Source: Eledone cirrhosa (taxonomy: Eukaryota). Taken from it: DNA of 64,000 nt. The notes under the pieces are model-generated. The model was not told the DNA's origin. It was given only the letters and a program-made list of their open reading frames with translations, and searched no databases. Of the stretch, positions 1 through 15,000 are shown one piece after another (position 1 is the stretch's first letter; each line of letters opens with the position of its first letter). The translations under genes were made by a program, and so were the position numbers. Where the stretch lies: NCBI GenBank assembly GCA_964016885.1, contig OZ024740.1, positions 442,804,003-442,868,002 of the forward strand. Direction: 5' to 3'.

Positions 1-3000
1 TCCGTTATATACCGAGTGTCTTCCTGACACCCAGGGCAAGTAAACTCCGTTATATACCGAGTGTCTTCCTGACAGCGAGGGCAAGTAAAGCCCGTTATAT
101 ACCGAGTGTCTTCCTGACACCCAGGGCAAGTAAACCCCGTTATATACCGAGTGTCTTCCTGACAGCGAGGGCAAGTAAACCCCGTTATATACCGAGTGTC
201 TTCCTGACATCCAAGGCAAGTAAACTCTGTTATATACCGAGTGTCTTCCTGACACCCAGGGCAAGTAAACTCCGTTATATACCGAGTGTCTTCCTGACAC
301 CCAGGGCAAGTAAACCCCGTTATATACCGAGTGTCTTCCTGACAGCGAGGGCAAGTAAACCCCGTTATATACCGAGTTTCTTCCTGACACCCAGGGCAAG
401 TAAACCCCGTTATATACCGAGTGTCTTCCTGACACCCAGGGCAAGAAAACCCCGTTATATACCGAGTCTCTTCCTGACACCCAGGGCAAGTAATCTCCTA
501 TATATCAAGTGTCTTTCTGACACCCAGGGCAAGAAAACCCCGTTATATACCGAGTGTCTTCCTGACACCCAGGGCAAGTAAACCCCGTTATATACCGAGT
601 GTCTTCCTGACACCCAGGGCAAGTAAACCCCGTCATATACCGAGTGTCTTCCTGACACCCAGGGCAAATAAACCCCGTTATATACCGAGTGTCTTCCTGA
701 CACCCAGGGCAAGTAAACTCCTTTATATATCAAGTGTCTTTCTGACACCCAGGGCAAGTAAAGCCCATTATATACCGAGTGTCTTCCTGACACCCAGGGC
801 AAGTAAACCCCGTTATATACCGAGTGTCTTCCTGACACCCAGGGCAAGTAAACTCCATTATATACCGAGTGTCTTCCTGACACCCAAGGCAAGTAAACTC
901 CGTTATATACCGAGTGTCTTCCTGACACCCAGGGCAAGTAAACCCCGTTATATACCGAGTGTCTTCCTGACACCCAGGGCAAGTAAGCCCCGTTATATAC
1001 TGAGTGTCTTCCTGACACCCAGGGCAAGTAAACCCCGTTATATACCAAGTGCCTTCCTGACACCCAGGGCAAGTAAACTCCGTTATATACCGAGTGTCTT
1101 CCTGACACCCAGGGCAAGTAAACTCCGTTATGTACCGAGTGTCTTCCTGACACCCAGAGCAAGTAAAGCCCGTTATATACCGAGTGTCTTCTTGACACCC
1201 AGGGCAAGTAAACCCCGTTATATACCGAGTGTCTTCTTGACACCCAGGGCAAGTAAACCCCGATATATACCGAGTGTCTTCCTGACACCCAGGGCAAGTA
1301 AACTCCGTTATATACCGAATGTCTTCCTGACACCCAGGGCAAGTAAACCCCGTTATATACCAAGTGTCTTCTTGACACCCAGGGCAAGTAAACCCCGTTA
1401 TATACCGAGTGTCTTCCTGACACCCAAGGCAAGTAAACTCCGTTATATACCGAGTGTCTTCCTGGCACCCAGGGCAAGTAAACCCCGTTATATACCGAGT
1501 GTCTTCCTGACACCCAGGGCAAGTAAACCCCGTTATATACCGAGTGTCTTCCTGACACCCAGGGCAAGTAAACCCCGTTATATACCGAGTGTCTTCCTGA
1601 CACCCAGGGCAAGTAATCTCCTTTATATATCAAGTGTCTTTCTGACACCCAGGGCAAGTAAACCCCGTTATATACCGAGTGTCTTCCTGACACCCAGGGC
1701 AAGTAAACCCCGTTATATACCGAGTGTCTTCCTGACACCCAAGGCAAGTAAACTCCGTTATATACCGAGTGTCTTCCTGACACCCAGGGCTAGTAAACCC
1801 CGTTATATACCGAGTGTCTTCCTGAAACCCAGGGCAAGTAAACTCCGTTATATACCGAGTGTCTTCCTGACAGCGAAGGCAAGTAAACCCCGTTATATAC
1901 CGAGTGTCTTCCTGACACCCAAGGCAAGTAAACTCTGTTATATACCGAGTGTCTTCCTGACACCCAGGGCAAGTAATCTCCTTTATATATCAAGTGTCTT
2001 TCTGACACCCAGGGCAAGTAAAGCCCATTATATACCGAGTGTCTTCCTGACACCCAGGGCAAGTAAACCCCGTTATATACCGAGTGTCTTCCTGACACCC
2101 AGGGCAAGTAAACTCCGTTATATACCGAGTGTCTTCCTGACACCCAAGGCAAGTAAACTCCGTTATATACCGAGTGTCTTCCTGACACCCAGGGCAAGTA
2201 AACCCCGTTATATACCGAGTGTCTTCCTGACACCCAGGGCAAGTAAGCCCCGTTATATACTCTAGTGTCTTCCTGACACCCAGGGCAAGTAAACCCCGTT
2301 ATATACCAAGTGCCTTCCTGACACCCAGGGCAAGTAAACTCCGTTATATACCGAGTGTCTTCCTGACACCCAGGGCAAGTAAACTCCGTTATGTACCGAG
2401 TGTCTTCCTGACACCCAGAGCAAGTAAAGCCCGTTATATACCGAGTGTCTTCTTGACATCCAGGGCAAGTAAACCCCGTTATATACCGAGTGTCTTCTTG
2501 ACACCCAGGTCAAGTAAACCCCGATATATACCGAGTGTCTTCCTGACACCCAGGGCAAGTAAACTCCGTTATATACCGAGTGTCTTCCTGACACCCAGGG
2601 CAAGTAAACCCCGTTATATACCAAGTGTCTTCTTGACACCCAGGGCAAGTAAACCCCGTTATATACCGAGTGTCTTCCTGACACCCAAGGCAAGTAAACT
2701 CCGTTATATACCGAGTGTCTTCCTGGCACCCAGGGCAAGTAAACCCCGTTATATACCGAGTGTCTTCCTGACACCCAGGGCAAGTAAACCCCGTTATATA
2801 CCGAGTGTCTTCCTGACACCCAGGGCAAGTAATCTCCTTTATATATCAAGTGTCTTTCTGACACCCAGGGCAAGTAAACCCCGTTATATACCGAGTGTCT
2901 TCCTGACACCCAGGGCAAGTAAACCCCGTTATATACCGAGTGTCTTCCTGACACCCAAGGCAAGTAAGATCCGTTATATACCGAGTTTCTTCCTCACACC

Positions 3001-6000
3001 CAGGGCAAGTAAACCCCGTTATATACCGAGTGTCTTCCTGACACCCAGGGCAAGTAAACTCCGTTATATACCGAGTGTCTTCCTGACAGCGAGGGCAAGT
3101 AAACCCCGTTATATACCGAGTGTCTTCCTGACACCCAAGGCAAGTAAACTCTGTTATATACCGAGTGTCTTCCTGACACCCAGGGCAAGTAAACTCCGTT
3201 ATATACCGAGTGTCTTCCTGACACCCAGGGCAAGTAAAGCCCGTTATATACCGAGTGTCTTCTTGACACCCAGGGCAAGTAAACCCCGATATATACCGAG
3301 TGTCTTCCTGACACCCAGGGCAAGTAAACTCCGTTATATACCGAATGTCTTCCTGACACCCAGGGCAAGTAAACCCCGTTATATACCAAGTGTCTTCTTG
3401 ACACCCAGGGCAAGTAAACCCCGTTATATACCGAGTGTCTTCCTGACACCCAAGGCAAGTAAACTCCGTTATATACCGAGTGTCTTCCTGGCACCCAGGG
3501 CAAGTAAACCCCGTTATATACCGAGTGTCTTCCTGACACCCAGGGCAAGTAAACCCCGTTATATACCGAGTGTCTTCCTGACACCCAGGGCAAGTAAACC
3601 CCGTTATATACCGAGTGTCTTCCTGACACCCAGGGCAAGTAATCTCCTTTATATATCAAGTGTCTTTCTGACACCCAGGGCAAGTAAACCCCGTTATATA
3701 CCGAGTGTCTTCCTGACACCCAGGGCAAGTAAACCCCGTTATATACCGAGTGTCTTCCTGACACCCAAGGCAAGTAAACTCCGTTATATACCGAGTGTCT
3801 TCCTGACACCCAGGGCTAGTAAACCCCGTTATATACCGAGTGTCTTCCTGAAACCCAGGGCAAGTAAACTCCGTTATATACCGAGTGTCTTCCTGACAGC
3901 GAGGGCAAGTAAACCCCGTTATATACCGAGTGTCTTCCTGACACCCAAGGCAAGTAAACTCTGTTATATACCGAGTGTCTTCCTGACACCCAGGGCAAGT
4001 AATCTCCTTTATATATCAAGTGTCTTTCTGACACCCAGGGCAAGTAAAGCCCATTATATACCGAGTGTCTTCCTGACACCCAGGGCAAGTAAACCCCGTT
4101 ATATACCGAGTGTCTTCCTGACACCCAGGGCAAGTAAACTCCGTTATATACCGAGTGTCTTCCTGACACCCAAGGCAAGTAAACTCCGTTATATACCGAG
4201 TGTCTTCCTGGCACCCAGGGCAAGTAAACCCCGTTATATACCGAGTGTCTTCTTGACACCCAGGGCAAGTAAACCCCGTTATATACCGAGTGTCTTCCTG
4301 ACACCCAAGGCAAGTAAACTCCGTTATATACCGAGTGTCTTCCTGGCACCCAGGGCAAGTAAACCCCGTTATATACCGAGTGTCTTCCTGACACCCAGGG
4401 CAAGTAAACCCCGTTATATACCGAGTGTCTTCCTGACACCCAGGGCAAGTAATCTCCTTTATATATCAAGTGTCTTTCTGACACCCAGGGCAAGTAAACC
4501 CCGTTATATACCGAGTGTCTTCCTGACACCCAGGGCAAGTAAACCCCGTTATATACCGAGTGTCTTCCTGACACCCAAGGCTAGTAAACTCCGTTATATA
4601 CCGAGTGTCTTCCTGACACCCAGGGCAAGTAAACTCCGTTATATACCGAGTGTCTTCCTGACAGCGAGGGCAAGTAAAGCCCGTTATATACCGAGTGTCT
4701 TCCTGACACCCAGGGCAAGTAAACCCCGTTATATACCGAGTGTCTTCCTGACAGCGAGGGCAAGTAAACCCCGTTATATACCGAGTGTCTTCCTGACATC
4801 CAAGGCAAGTAAACTCTGTTATATACCGAGTGTCTTCCTGACACCCAGGGCAAGTAAACTCCGTTATATACCGAGTGTCTTCCTGACACACAGGGCAAGT
4901 AAAGCCCGTTATATACCGAGTGTCTTCCTGACACCCAGGGCAAGTAAACCCCGTTATATACCGAGTGTCTTCCTGACAGCGAGGGCAAGTAAACCCCGTT
5001 ATATACCGAGTTTCTTCCTGACACCCAGGGCAAGTAAACCCCGTTATATACCGAGTGTCTTCCTGACACCCAGGGCAAGAAAACCCCGTTATATACCGAG
5101 TCTCTTCCTGACACCCAGGGCAAGTAATCTCGTATATATCAAGTGTCTTTCTGACACCCAGGGCAAGAAAACCCCGTTATATACCGAGTGTCTTCCTGAC
5201 ACCCAGGGCAAGTAAACCCCGTTATATACCGAGTGTCTTCCTGACACCCAGGGCAAGTAAACCCCGTCATATACCGAGTGTCTTCCTGACACCCAGGGCA
5301 AATAAACCCCGTTATATACCGAGTGTCTTCCTGACACCCAGGGCAAGTAAACTCCTTTATATATCAAGTGTCTTTCTGACACCCAGGGCAAGTAAAGCCC
5401 ATTATATACCGAGTGTCTTCCTGACACCCAGGGCAAGTAAACCCCGTTATATACCGAGTGTCTTCCTGACACCCAGGGCAAGTAAACTCCATTATATACC
5501 GAGTGTCTTCCTGACACCCAAGGCAAGTAAACTCCGTTATATACCGAGTGTCTTCCTGACACCCAGGGCAAGTAAACCCCGTTATATACCGAGTGTCTTC
5601 CTGACACCCAGGGCAAGTAAGCCCCGTTATATACTGAGTGTCTTCCTGACACCCAGGGCAAGTAAACCCCGTTATATACCAAGTGCCTTCCTGACACCCA
5701 GGGCAAGTAAACTCCGTTATATACCGAGTGTCTTCCTGACACCCAGGGCAAGTAAACTCCGTTATGTACCGAGTGTCTTCCTGACACCCAGAGCAAGTAA
5801 AGCCCGTTATATACCGAGTGTCTTCTTGACACCCAGGGCAAGTAAACCCCGTTATATACCGAGTGTCTTCTTGACACCCAGGGCAAGTAAACCCCGATAT
5901 ATACCGAGTGTCTTCCTGACACCCAGGGCAAGTAAACTCCGTTATATACCGAATGTCTTCCTGACACCCAGGGCAAGTAAACCCCGTTATATACCAAGTG

Positions 6001-9000
6001 TCTTCTTGACACCCAGGGCAAGTAAACCCCGTTATATACCGAGTGACTTCCTGACACCCAAGGCAAGTAAACTCCGTTATATACCGAGTGTCTTCCTGGC
6101 ACCCAGGGCAAGTAAACCCCGTTATATACCGAGTGTCTTCCTGACACCCAGGGCAAGTAAACCCCGTTATATACCGAGTGTCTTCCTGACACCCAGGGCA
6201 AGTAAACCCCGTTATATACCGAGTGTCTTCCTGACACCCAGGGCAAGTAATCTCCTTTATATATCAAGTGTCTTTCTGACACCCAGGGCAAGTAAACCCC
6301 GTTATATACCGAGTGTCTTCCTGACACCCAGGGCAAGTAAACCCCGTTATATACCGAGTGTCTTCCTGACACCCAAGGCAAGTAAACTCCGTTATATACC
6401 GAGTGTCTTCCTGACACCCAGGGCTAGTAAACCCCGTTATATACCGAGTGTCTTCCTGAAACCCAGGGCAAGTAAACTCCGTTATATACCGAGTGTCTTC
6501 CTGACAGCGAGGGCAAGTAAACCCCGTTATATACCGAGTGTCTTCCTGACACCCAAGGCAAGTAAACTCTGTTATATACCGAGTGTCTTCCTGACACCCA
6601 GGGCAAGTAATCTCCTTTATATATCAAGTGTCTTTCTGACACCCAGGGCAAGTAAAGCCCATTATATACCGAGTGTCTTCCTGACACCCAGGGCAAGTAA
6701 ACCCCGTTATATACCGAGTGTCTTCCTGACACCCAGGGCAAGTAAACTCCGTTATATACCGAGTGTCTTCCTGACACCCAAGGCAAGTAAACTCCGTTAT
6801 ATACCGAGTGTCTTCCTGACACCCAGGGCAAGTAAACCCCGTTATATACCGAGTGTCTTCCTGACACCCAGGGCAAGTAAGCCCCGTTATATACTCTAGT
6901 GTCTTCCTGACACCCAGGGCAAGTAAACCCCGTTATATACCAAGTGCCTTCCTGACACCCAGGGCAAGTAAACTCCGTTATATACCGAGTGTCTTCCTGA
7001 CACCCAGGGCAAGTAAACTCCGTTATGTACCGAGTGTCTTCCTGACACCCAGAGCAAGTAAAGCCCGTTATATACCGAGTGTCTTCTTGACACCCAGGGC
7101 AAGTAAACCCCGTTATATACCGAGTGTCTTCTTGACACCCAGGTCAAGTAAACCCCGATATATACCGAGTGTCTTCCTGACACCCAGGGCAAGTAAACCC
7201 CGTTATATACCGAGTGTCTTCCTGACACCCAAGGCAAGTAAACTCCGTTATATACCGAGTGTCTTCCTGACACCCAGGGCAAGTAAACCCCGTTATATAC
7301 CGAGTGTCTTCCTGACACCCAAGGCAAGTAAGATCCGTTATATACCGAGTTTCTTCCTCACACCCAGGGCAAGTAAACCCCGTTATATACCGAGTGTCTT
7401 CCTGACACCCAGGGCAAGTAAACTCCGTTATATACCGAGTGTCTTCCTGACAGCGAGGGCAAGTAAACCCCGTTATATACCGAGTGTCTTCCTGACACCC
7501 AAGGCAAGTAAACTCTGTTATATACCGAGTGTCTTCCTGACACCCAGGGCAAGTAAACTCCGTTATATACCGAGTGTCTTCCTGACACCCAGGGCAAGTA
7601 AAGCCCGTTATATACCGAGTGTCTTCTTGACACCCAGGGCAAGTAAACCCCGATATATACCGAGTGTCTTCCTGACACCCAGGGCAAGTAAACTCCGTTA
7701 TATACCGAACGTCTTCCTGACACCCAGGGCAAGTAAACCCCGTTATATACCAAGTGTCTTCTTGACACCCAGGGCAAGTAAACCCCGTTATATACCGAGT
7801 GTCTTCCTGACACCCAAGGCAAGTAAACTCCGTTATATACCGAGTGTCTTCCTGGCACCCAGGGCAAGTAAACCCCGTTATATACCGAGTGTCTTCCTGA
7901 CACCCAGGGCAAGTAAACCCCGTTATATACCGAGTGTCTTCCTGACACCCAGGGCAAGTAAACCCCGTTATATACCGAGTGTCTTCCTGACACCCAGGGC
8001 AAGTAATCTCCTTTATATATCAAGTGTCTTTCTGACACCCAGGGCAAGTAAACCCCGTTATATACCGAGTGTCTTCCTGACACCCAGGGCAAGTAAACCC
8101 CGTTATATACCGAGTGTCTTCCTGACACCCAAGGCAAGTAAACTCCGTTATATACCGAGTGTCTTCCTGACACCCAGGGCTAGTAAACCCCGTTATATAC
8201 CGAGTGTCTTCCTGAAACCCAGGGCAAGTAAACTCCGTTATATACCGAGTGTCTTCCTGACAGCGAGGGCAAGTAAACCCCGTTATATACCGAGTGTCTT
8301 CCTGACACCCAAGGCAAGTAAACTCTGTTATATACCGAGTGTCTTCCTCACACCCAGGGCAAGTAATCTCCTTTATATATCAAGTGTCTTTCTGACACCC
8401 AGGGCAAGTAAAGCCCATTATATACCGAGTGTCTTCCTGACACCCAGGGCAAGTAAACCCCGTTATATACCGAGTGTCTTCCTGACACCCAGGGCAAGTA
8501 AACTCCGTTATATACCGAGTGTCTTCCTGACACCCAAGGCAAGTAAACTCCGTTATATACCGAGTGTCTTCCTGACACCCAGGGCAAGTAAACCCCGTTA
8601 TATACCGAGTGTCTTCCTGACACCCAGGGCAAGTAAGCCCCGTTATATACTCTAGTGTCTTCCTGACACCCAGGGCAAGTAAACCCCGTTATATACCAAG
8701 TGCCTTCCTGACACCCAGGGCAAGTAAACTCCGTTATATACCGAGTGTCTTCCTGACACCCAGGGCAAGTAAACTCCGTTATGTACCGAGTGTCTTCCTG
8801 ACACCCAGAGCAAGTAAAGCCCGTTATATACCGAGTGTCTTCTTGACACCCAGGGCAAGTAAACCCCGTTATATACCGAGTGTCTTCTTGACACCCAGGG
8901 CAAGAAAACCCCGATATATACCGAGTGTCTTCCTGACACCCAGGGCAAGTAAACTCCGTTATATACCGAGTGTCTTCCTGACACCCAGGGCAAGTAAACC

Positions 9001-12000
9001 CCGTTATATACCAAGTGTCTTCTTGACACCCAGGGCAAGTAAACCCCGTTATATACCGAGTGTCTTCCTGACACCCAAGGCAAGTAAACTCCGTTATATA
9101 CCGAGTGTCTTCCTGGCACCCAGGGCAAGTAAACCCCGTTATATACCGAGTGTCTTCCTGACACCCAGGGCAAGTAAACCCCGTTATATACCGAGTGTCT
9201 TCCTGACACCCAGGGCAAGTAATCTCCTTTATATATCAAGTGTCTTTCTGAACCCAGGGCAAGTAAACCCCGTTATATACCGAGTGTCTTCCTGACACCC
9301 AGGGCAAGTAAACCCCGTTATATACCGAGTGTCTTCCTGACACCCAAGGCAAGTAAACTCCGTTATATACCGAGTTTCTTCCTCACACCCAGGGCAAGTA
9401 AACCCCGTTATATACCGAGTGTCTTCCTGACACCCAGGGCAAGTAAACTCCGTTATATACCGAGTGTCTTCCTGACAGCGAGGGCAAGTAAACCCCGTTA
9501 TATACCGAGTGTCTTCCTGACACCCAAGGCAAGTAAACTCTGTTATATACCGAGTGTCTTCCTGACACCCAGGGCAAGTAAACTCCGTTATATACCGAGT
9601 GTCTTCCTGACACCCAGGGCAAGTAAAGCCCGTTATATACCGAGTGTCTTCCTGACACCCAGGGCAAGTAAACCCCGTTATATACCGAGTGTCTTCCTGA
9701 CATCGAGGGCAAGTAAACCCCGTTATATACCGAGTGTCTTCCTGACATCCAAGGCAAGTAAACTCTGTTATATACCGAGTGTCTTCCTGACACCCAGGGC
9801 AAGTAAACTCCGTTATATACCGAGTGTCTTCCTGACACCCAGGGCAAGTAAAGCCCGTTATATACCGAGTGTCTTCCTGACACCCAGGGCAAGCAAACCC
9901 CGTTATATACCGAGTGTCTTCCTGACAGCGAGGGCAAGTAAACCCCGTTATATACCGAGTTTCTTCCTGACACCCAGGGCAAGTAAACCCCGTTATATAC
10001 CGAGTGTCTTCCTGACACCCAGGGCAAGTAATCTCCTATATATCAAGTGTCTTTCTGACACCCAGGGCAAGAAAACCCCGTTATATACCGAGTGTCTTCC
10101 TGACACCCAGGGCAAGTAAACCCCGTTATATACCGAGTGTCTTCCTGACACCCAGGGCAAGTAAACCCCGTCATATACCGAGTGTCTTCCTGACACCCAG
10201 GGCAAATAAACCCCGTTATATACCGAGTGTCTTCCTGACACCCAGGGCAAGTAAACTCCTTTATGTATCAAGTGTCTTTCTGACACCCAGGGCAAGTAAA
10301 GCCCATTATATACCGAGTGTCTTCCTGACACCCAGGGCAAGTAAACCCCGTTATATACCGAGTGTCTTCCTGACACCCAGGGCAAGTAAACTCCGTTATA
10401 TACCGAGTGTCTTCCTGACACCCAAGGCAAGTAAACTCCGTTATATACCGAGTGTCTTCCTGACACCCAGGGCAAGTAAACCCCGTTATATACCGAGTGT
10501 CTTCCTGACACCCAGGGCAAGTAAGCCCCGTTATATACTGAGTGTCTTCCTGACACCCAGGGCAAGTAAACCCCGTTATATACCAAGTGCCTTCCTGACA
10601 CCCAGGGCAAGTAAACCCCGATATATACCGAGTGTCTTCCTGACACCCAAGGCAAGTAAACTCCGTTATATACCGAATGTCTTCCTGACACCCAGGGCAA
10701 GTAAACCCCGTTATATACCAAGTGTCTTCTTGACACCCAGGGCAAGTAAACCCCGTTATATACCGAGTGTCTTCCTGACACCCAAGGCAAGTAAACTCCG
10801 TTATATACCGAGTGTCTTCCTGGCACCCAGCGCAAGTAAACCCCGTTATATACCGATTGTCTTCCTGACACCCAGGGCAAGTAAACCCCGTTATATACCG
10901 AGTGTCTTCCTGACACCCAGGGCAAGTAATCTCCTTTATATATCAAGTGTCTTTCTGACACCCAGGGCAAGTAAACCCCGTTATATACCGAGTGTCTTCC
11001 TGACACCCAGAGCAAGTAAACCCCGTTATATACCGAGTGTCTTCCTGACACCCAAGGCAAGTAAACTCCGTTATATACCGAGTGTCTTCCTGACACCCAG
11101 GGCTAGTAAACCCCGTTATATACCGAGTGTCTTCCTGAAACCCAGGGCAAGTAAACTCCGTTATATACCGAGTGTCTTCCTGACAGCGAGGGCAAGTAAA
11201 CCCCGTTATATACCGAGTGTCTTCCTGACACCCAAGGCAAGTAAACTCTGTTATATACCGAGTGTCTTCCTGACACCCAGGGCAAGTAAACTCCGTTATA
11301 TACCGAGTGTCTTCCTGACACCAGGGCAAGTAAAGCCCGTTATATACCGAGTGTCTTCCTGACACCCAGGGCAAGTAAACCCCGTTATATACCGAGTGTC
11401 TTCCTGACAGCGAGGGCAAGTAAAACCCGTTATATACCGAGTGTCTTCCTGACACCCAGGGCAAGTAAACCCCGTTATATACCGAGTGTCTTCCTGACAG
11501 CCAGGGCAAGAAAACCCCGTTATATACCGAGTGTCTTCCTGACACCCAGGGCAAGTAATCTCCTATATATCAAGTGTCTTTCTGACACCCAGGGCAAGAA
11601 AACCCCGTTATATACCGAGTGTCTTCCTGACACCCAGGGCAAGTAAACCCCGTTATATACCGAGTGTCTTCCTGACACCCAGGGCAAGTAAAGCCCGTTA
11701 TATACCGAGTGTCTTCCTGACACCCAGGGCAAGTAAACCCCGTTATATACCGAGTGTCTTCCTGACAGCGAGGGCAAGTAAACCCCTTTATATACCGAGT
11801 GTCTTCCTGACATCCAAGGCAAGTAAACCCCGTTATATACCGAGTGTCTTCCTGACACCCAGGGCAAGTAAACCCCGTCATATACCGAGTGTCTTCCTGA
11901 CACCCAGGGCAAGTAATCTCCTTTATATATCAAGTGTCTTTCTGACACCCAGGGCAAGTAAAGCCAATTATATACCGAGTGTCTTCCTGACACCCAGGGC

Positions 12001-15000
12001 AAGTATATCCCGTTATATACCGAGTGTCTTCCTGACACCCAGGGCAAGTAAACTCCGTTATATACCGAGTGTCTTCCTGACACCCAAGGCAAGTAAACTC
12101 CGTTATATACCGAGTGTCTTCCTGACAACCAGGGCAAGTAAACCCCATTATATACCGAGTGTCTTCCTGACACCCAGGGCAAGTAAGCCCCGTTATATAC
12201 TGAGTGTCTTCCTGACACCCAGGGCAAGTAATCTCCTTTATATATCAAGTGTTTTCTGACACCCAGGGCAAGTAAACCCCGTTATATACCGAGTGTCTTC
12301 CTGACACCCAGGGCAAGTAAACCCCGTTATATACCGAGTGTCTTCCTGACACCCAGGGCAAGTAAAGCCCGTTATATACCGAGTGTCTTCCTGACACCCA
12401 AGGCAAGTAAACTCCGTTATATACCGAGTGTCTTCCTGACACCCAGGGCAAGTAAACCCCGTTATATACCGAGTGTCTTCCTGACAGCGAGGGCAAGTAA
12501 ACTCCGTTATATACCGAACGTCTTCCTGACACCCAAGGCAAGTAAGATCCGTTATATACCGAGTTTCTTCCTCACACCCAGGGCAAGTAAACCCCGTTAT
12601 ATACCGAGTGTCTTCCTGACACCCAGGGCAAGTAAACTCCGTTATATACCGAGTGTCTTCCTGACAGCGAGGGCAAGTAAACCCCGTTATATACCGAGTG
12701 TCTTCCTGACACCCAAGGCAAGTAAACTCTGTTATATACCGAGTGTCTTCCTGACACCCAGGGCAAGTAAACTCCGTTATATACCGAGTGTCTTCCTGAC
12801 ACCCAGGGCAAGTAAAGCCCGTTATATACCGAGTGTCTTCTTGACACCCAGGGCAAGTAAACCCCGATATATACCGAGTGTCTTCCTGACACCCAGGGCA
12901 AGTAAACTCCGTTATATACCGAACGTCTTCCTGACACCCAGGGCAAGTAAACCCCGTTATATACCAAGTGTCTTCTTGACACCCAGGGCAAGTAAACCCC
13001 GTTATATACCGAGTGTCTTCCTGACACCCAAGGCAAGTAAACTCCGTTATATACCGAGTGTCTTCCTGGCACCCAGGGCAAGTAAACCCCGTTATATACC
13101 GAGTGTCTTCCTGACACCCAGGGCAAGTAAACCCCGTTATATACCGAGTGTCTTCCTGACACCCAGGGCAAGTAAACCCCGTTATATACCGAGTGTCTTC
13201 CTGACACCCAGGGCAAGTAATCTCCTTTATATATCAAGTGTCTTTCTGACACCCAGGGCAAGTAAACCCCGTTATATACCGAGTGTCTTCCTGACACCCA
13301 GGGCAAGTAAACCCCGTTATATACCGAGTGTCTTCCTGACACCCAAGGCAAGTAAACTCCGTTATATACCGAGTGTCTTCCTGACACCCAGGGCTAGTAA
13401 ACCCCGTTATATACCGAGTGTCTTCCTGAAACCCAGGGCAAGTAAACTCCGTTATATACCGAGTGTCTTCCTGACAGCGAGGGCAAGTAAACCCCGTTAT
13501 ATACCGAGTGTCTTCCTGACACCCAAGGCAAGTAAACTCTGTTATATACCGAGTGTCTTCCTCACACCCAGGGCAAGTAATCTCCTTTATATATCAAGTG
13601 TCTTTCTGACACCCAGGGCAAGTAAAGCCCATTATATACCGAGTGTCTTCCTCACACCCAGGGCAAGTAAACCCCGTTATATACCGAGTGTCTTCCTGAC
13701 ACCCAGGGCAAGTAAACTCCGTTATATACCGAGTGTCTTCCTGACACCCAAGGCAAGTAAACTCCGTTATATACCGAGTGTCTTCCTGACACCCAGGGCA
13801 AGTAAACCCCGTTATATACCGAGTGTCTTCCTGACACCCAGGGCAAGTAAGCCCCGTTATATACTCTAGTGTCTTCCTGACACCCAGGGCAAGTAAACCC
13901 CGTTATATACCAAGTGCCTTCCTGACACCCAGGGCAAGTAAACTCCGTTATATACCGAGTGTCTTCCTGACACCCAGGGCAAGTAAACTCCGTTATGTAC
14001 CGAGTGTCTTCCTGACACGCAGAGCAAGTAAAGCCCGTTATATACCGAGTGTCTTCTTGACACCCAGGGCAAGTAAACCCCGTTATATACCGAGTGTCTT
14101 CTTGACACCCAGGGCAAGTAAACCCCGATATATACCGAGTGTCTTCCTGACACCCAGGGCAAGTAAACTCCGTTATATACCGAGTGTCTTCCTGACACCC
14201 AGGGCAAGTAAACCCCGTTATATACCAAGTGTCTTCTTGACACCCAGGGCAAGTAAACCCCGTTATATACCGAGTGTCTTCCTGACACCCAAGGCAAGTA
14301 AACTCCGTTATATACCGAGTGTCTTCCTGGCACCCAGGGCAAGTAAACCCCGTTATATACCGAGTGTCTTCCTGACACCCAGGGCAAGTAAACCCCGTTA
14401 TATACCGAGTGTCTTCCTGACACCCAGGGCAAGTAATCTCCTTTATATATCAAGTGTCTTTCTGAACCCAGGGCAAGTAAACCCCGTTATATACCGAGTG
14501 TCTTCCTGACACCCAGGGCAAGTAAACCCCGTTATATACCGAGTGTCTTCCTGACACCCAAGGCAAGTAAACTCCGTTATATACCGAGTTTCTTCCTCAC
14601 ACCCAGGGCAAGTAAACCCCGTTATATACCGAGTGTCTTCCTGACACCCAGGTCAAGTAAACTCCGTTATATACCGAGTGTCTTCCTGACAGCGAGGGCA
14701 AGTAAACCCCGTTATATACCCAGTGTCTTCCTGACACCCAAGGCAAGTAAACTCTGTTATATACCGAGTGTCTTCCTGACACCCAGGGCAAGTAAACTCC
14801 GTTATATACCGAGTGTCTTCCTGACACCCAGGGCAAGTAAAGCCCGTTATATACCGAGTGTCTTCCTGACACCCAGGGCAAGTAAACCCCGTTATATACC
14901 GAGTGTCTTCCTGACAGCGAGGGCAAGTAAACCCCGTTATATACCGAGTGTCTTCCTGACATCCAAGGCAAGTAAACTCTGTTATATACCGAGTGTCTTC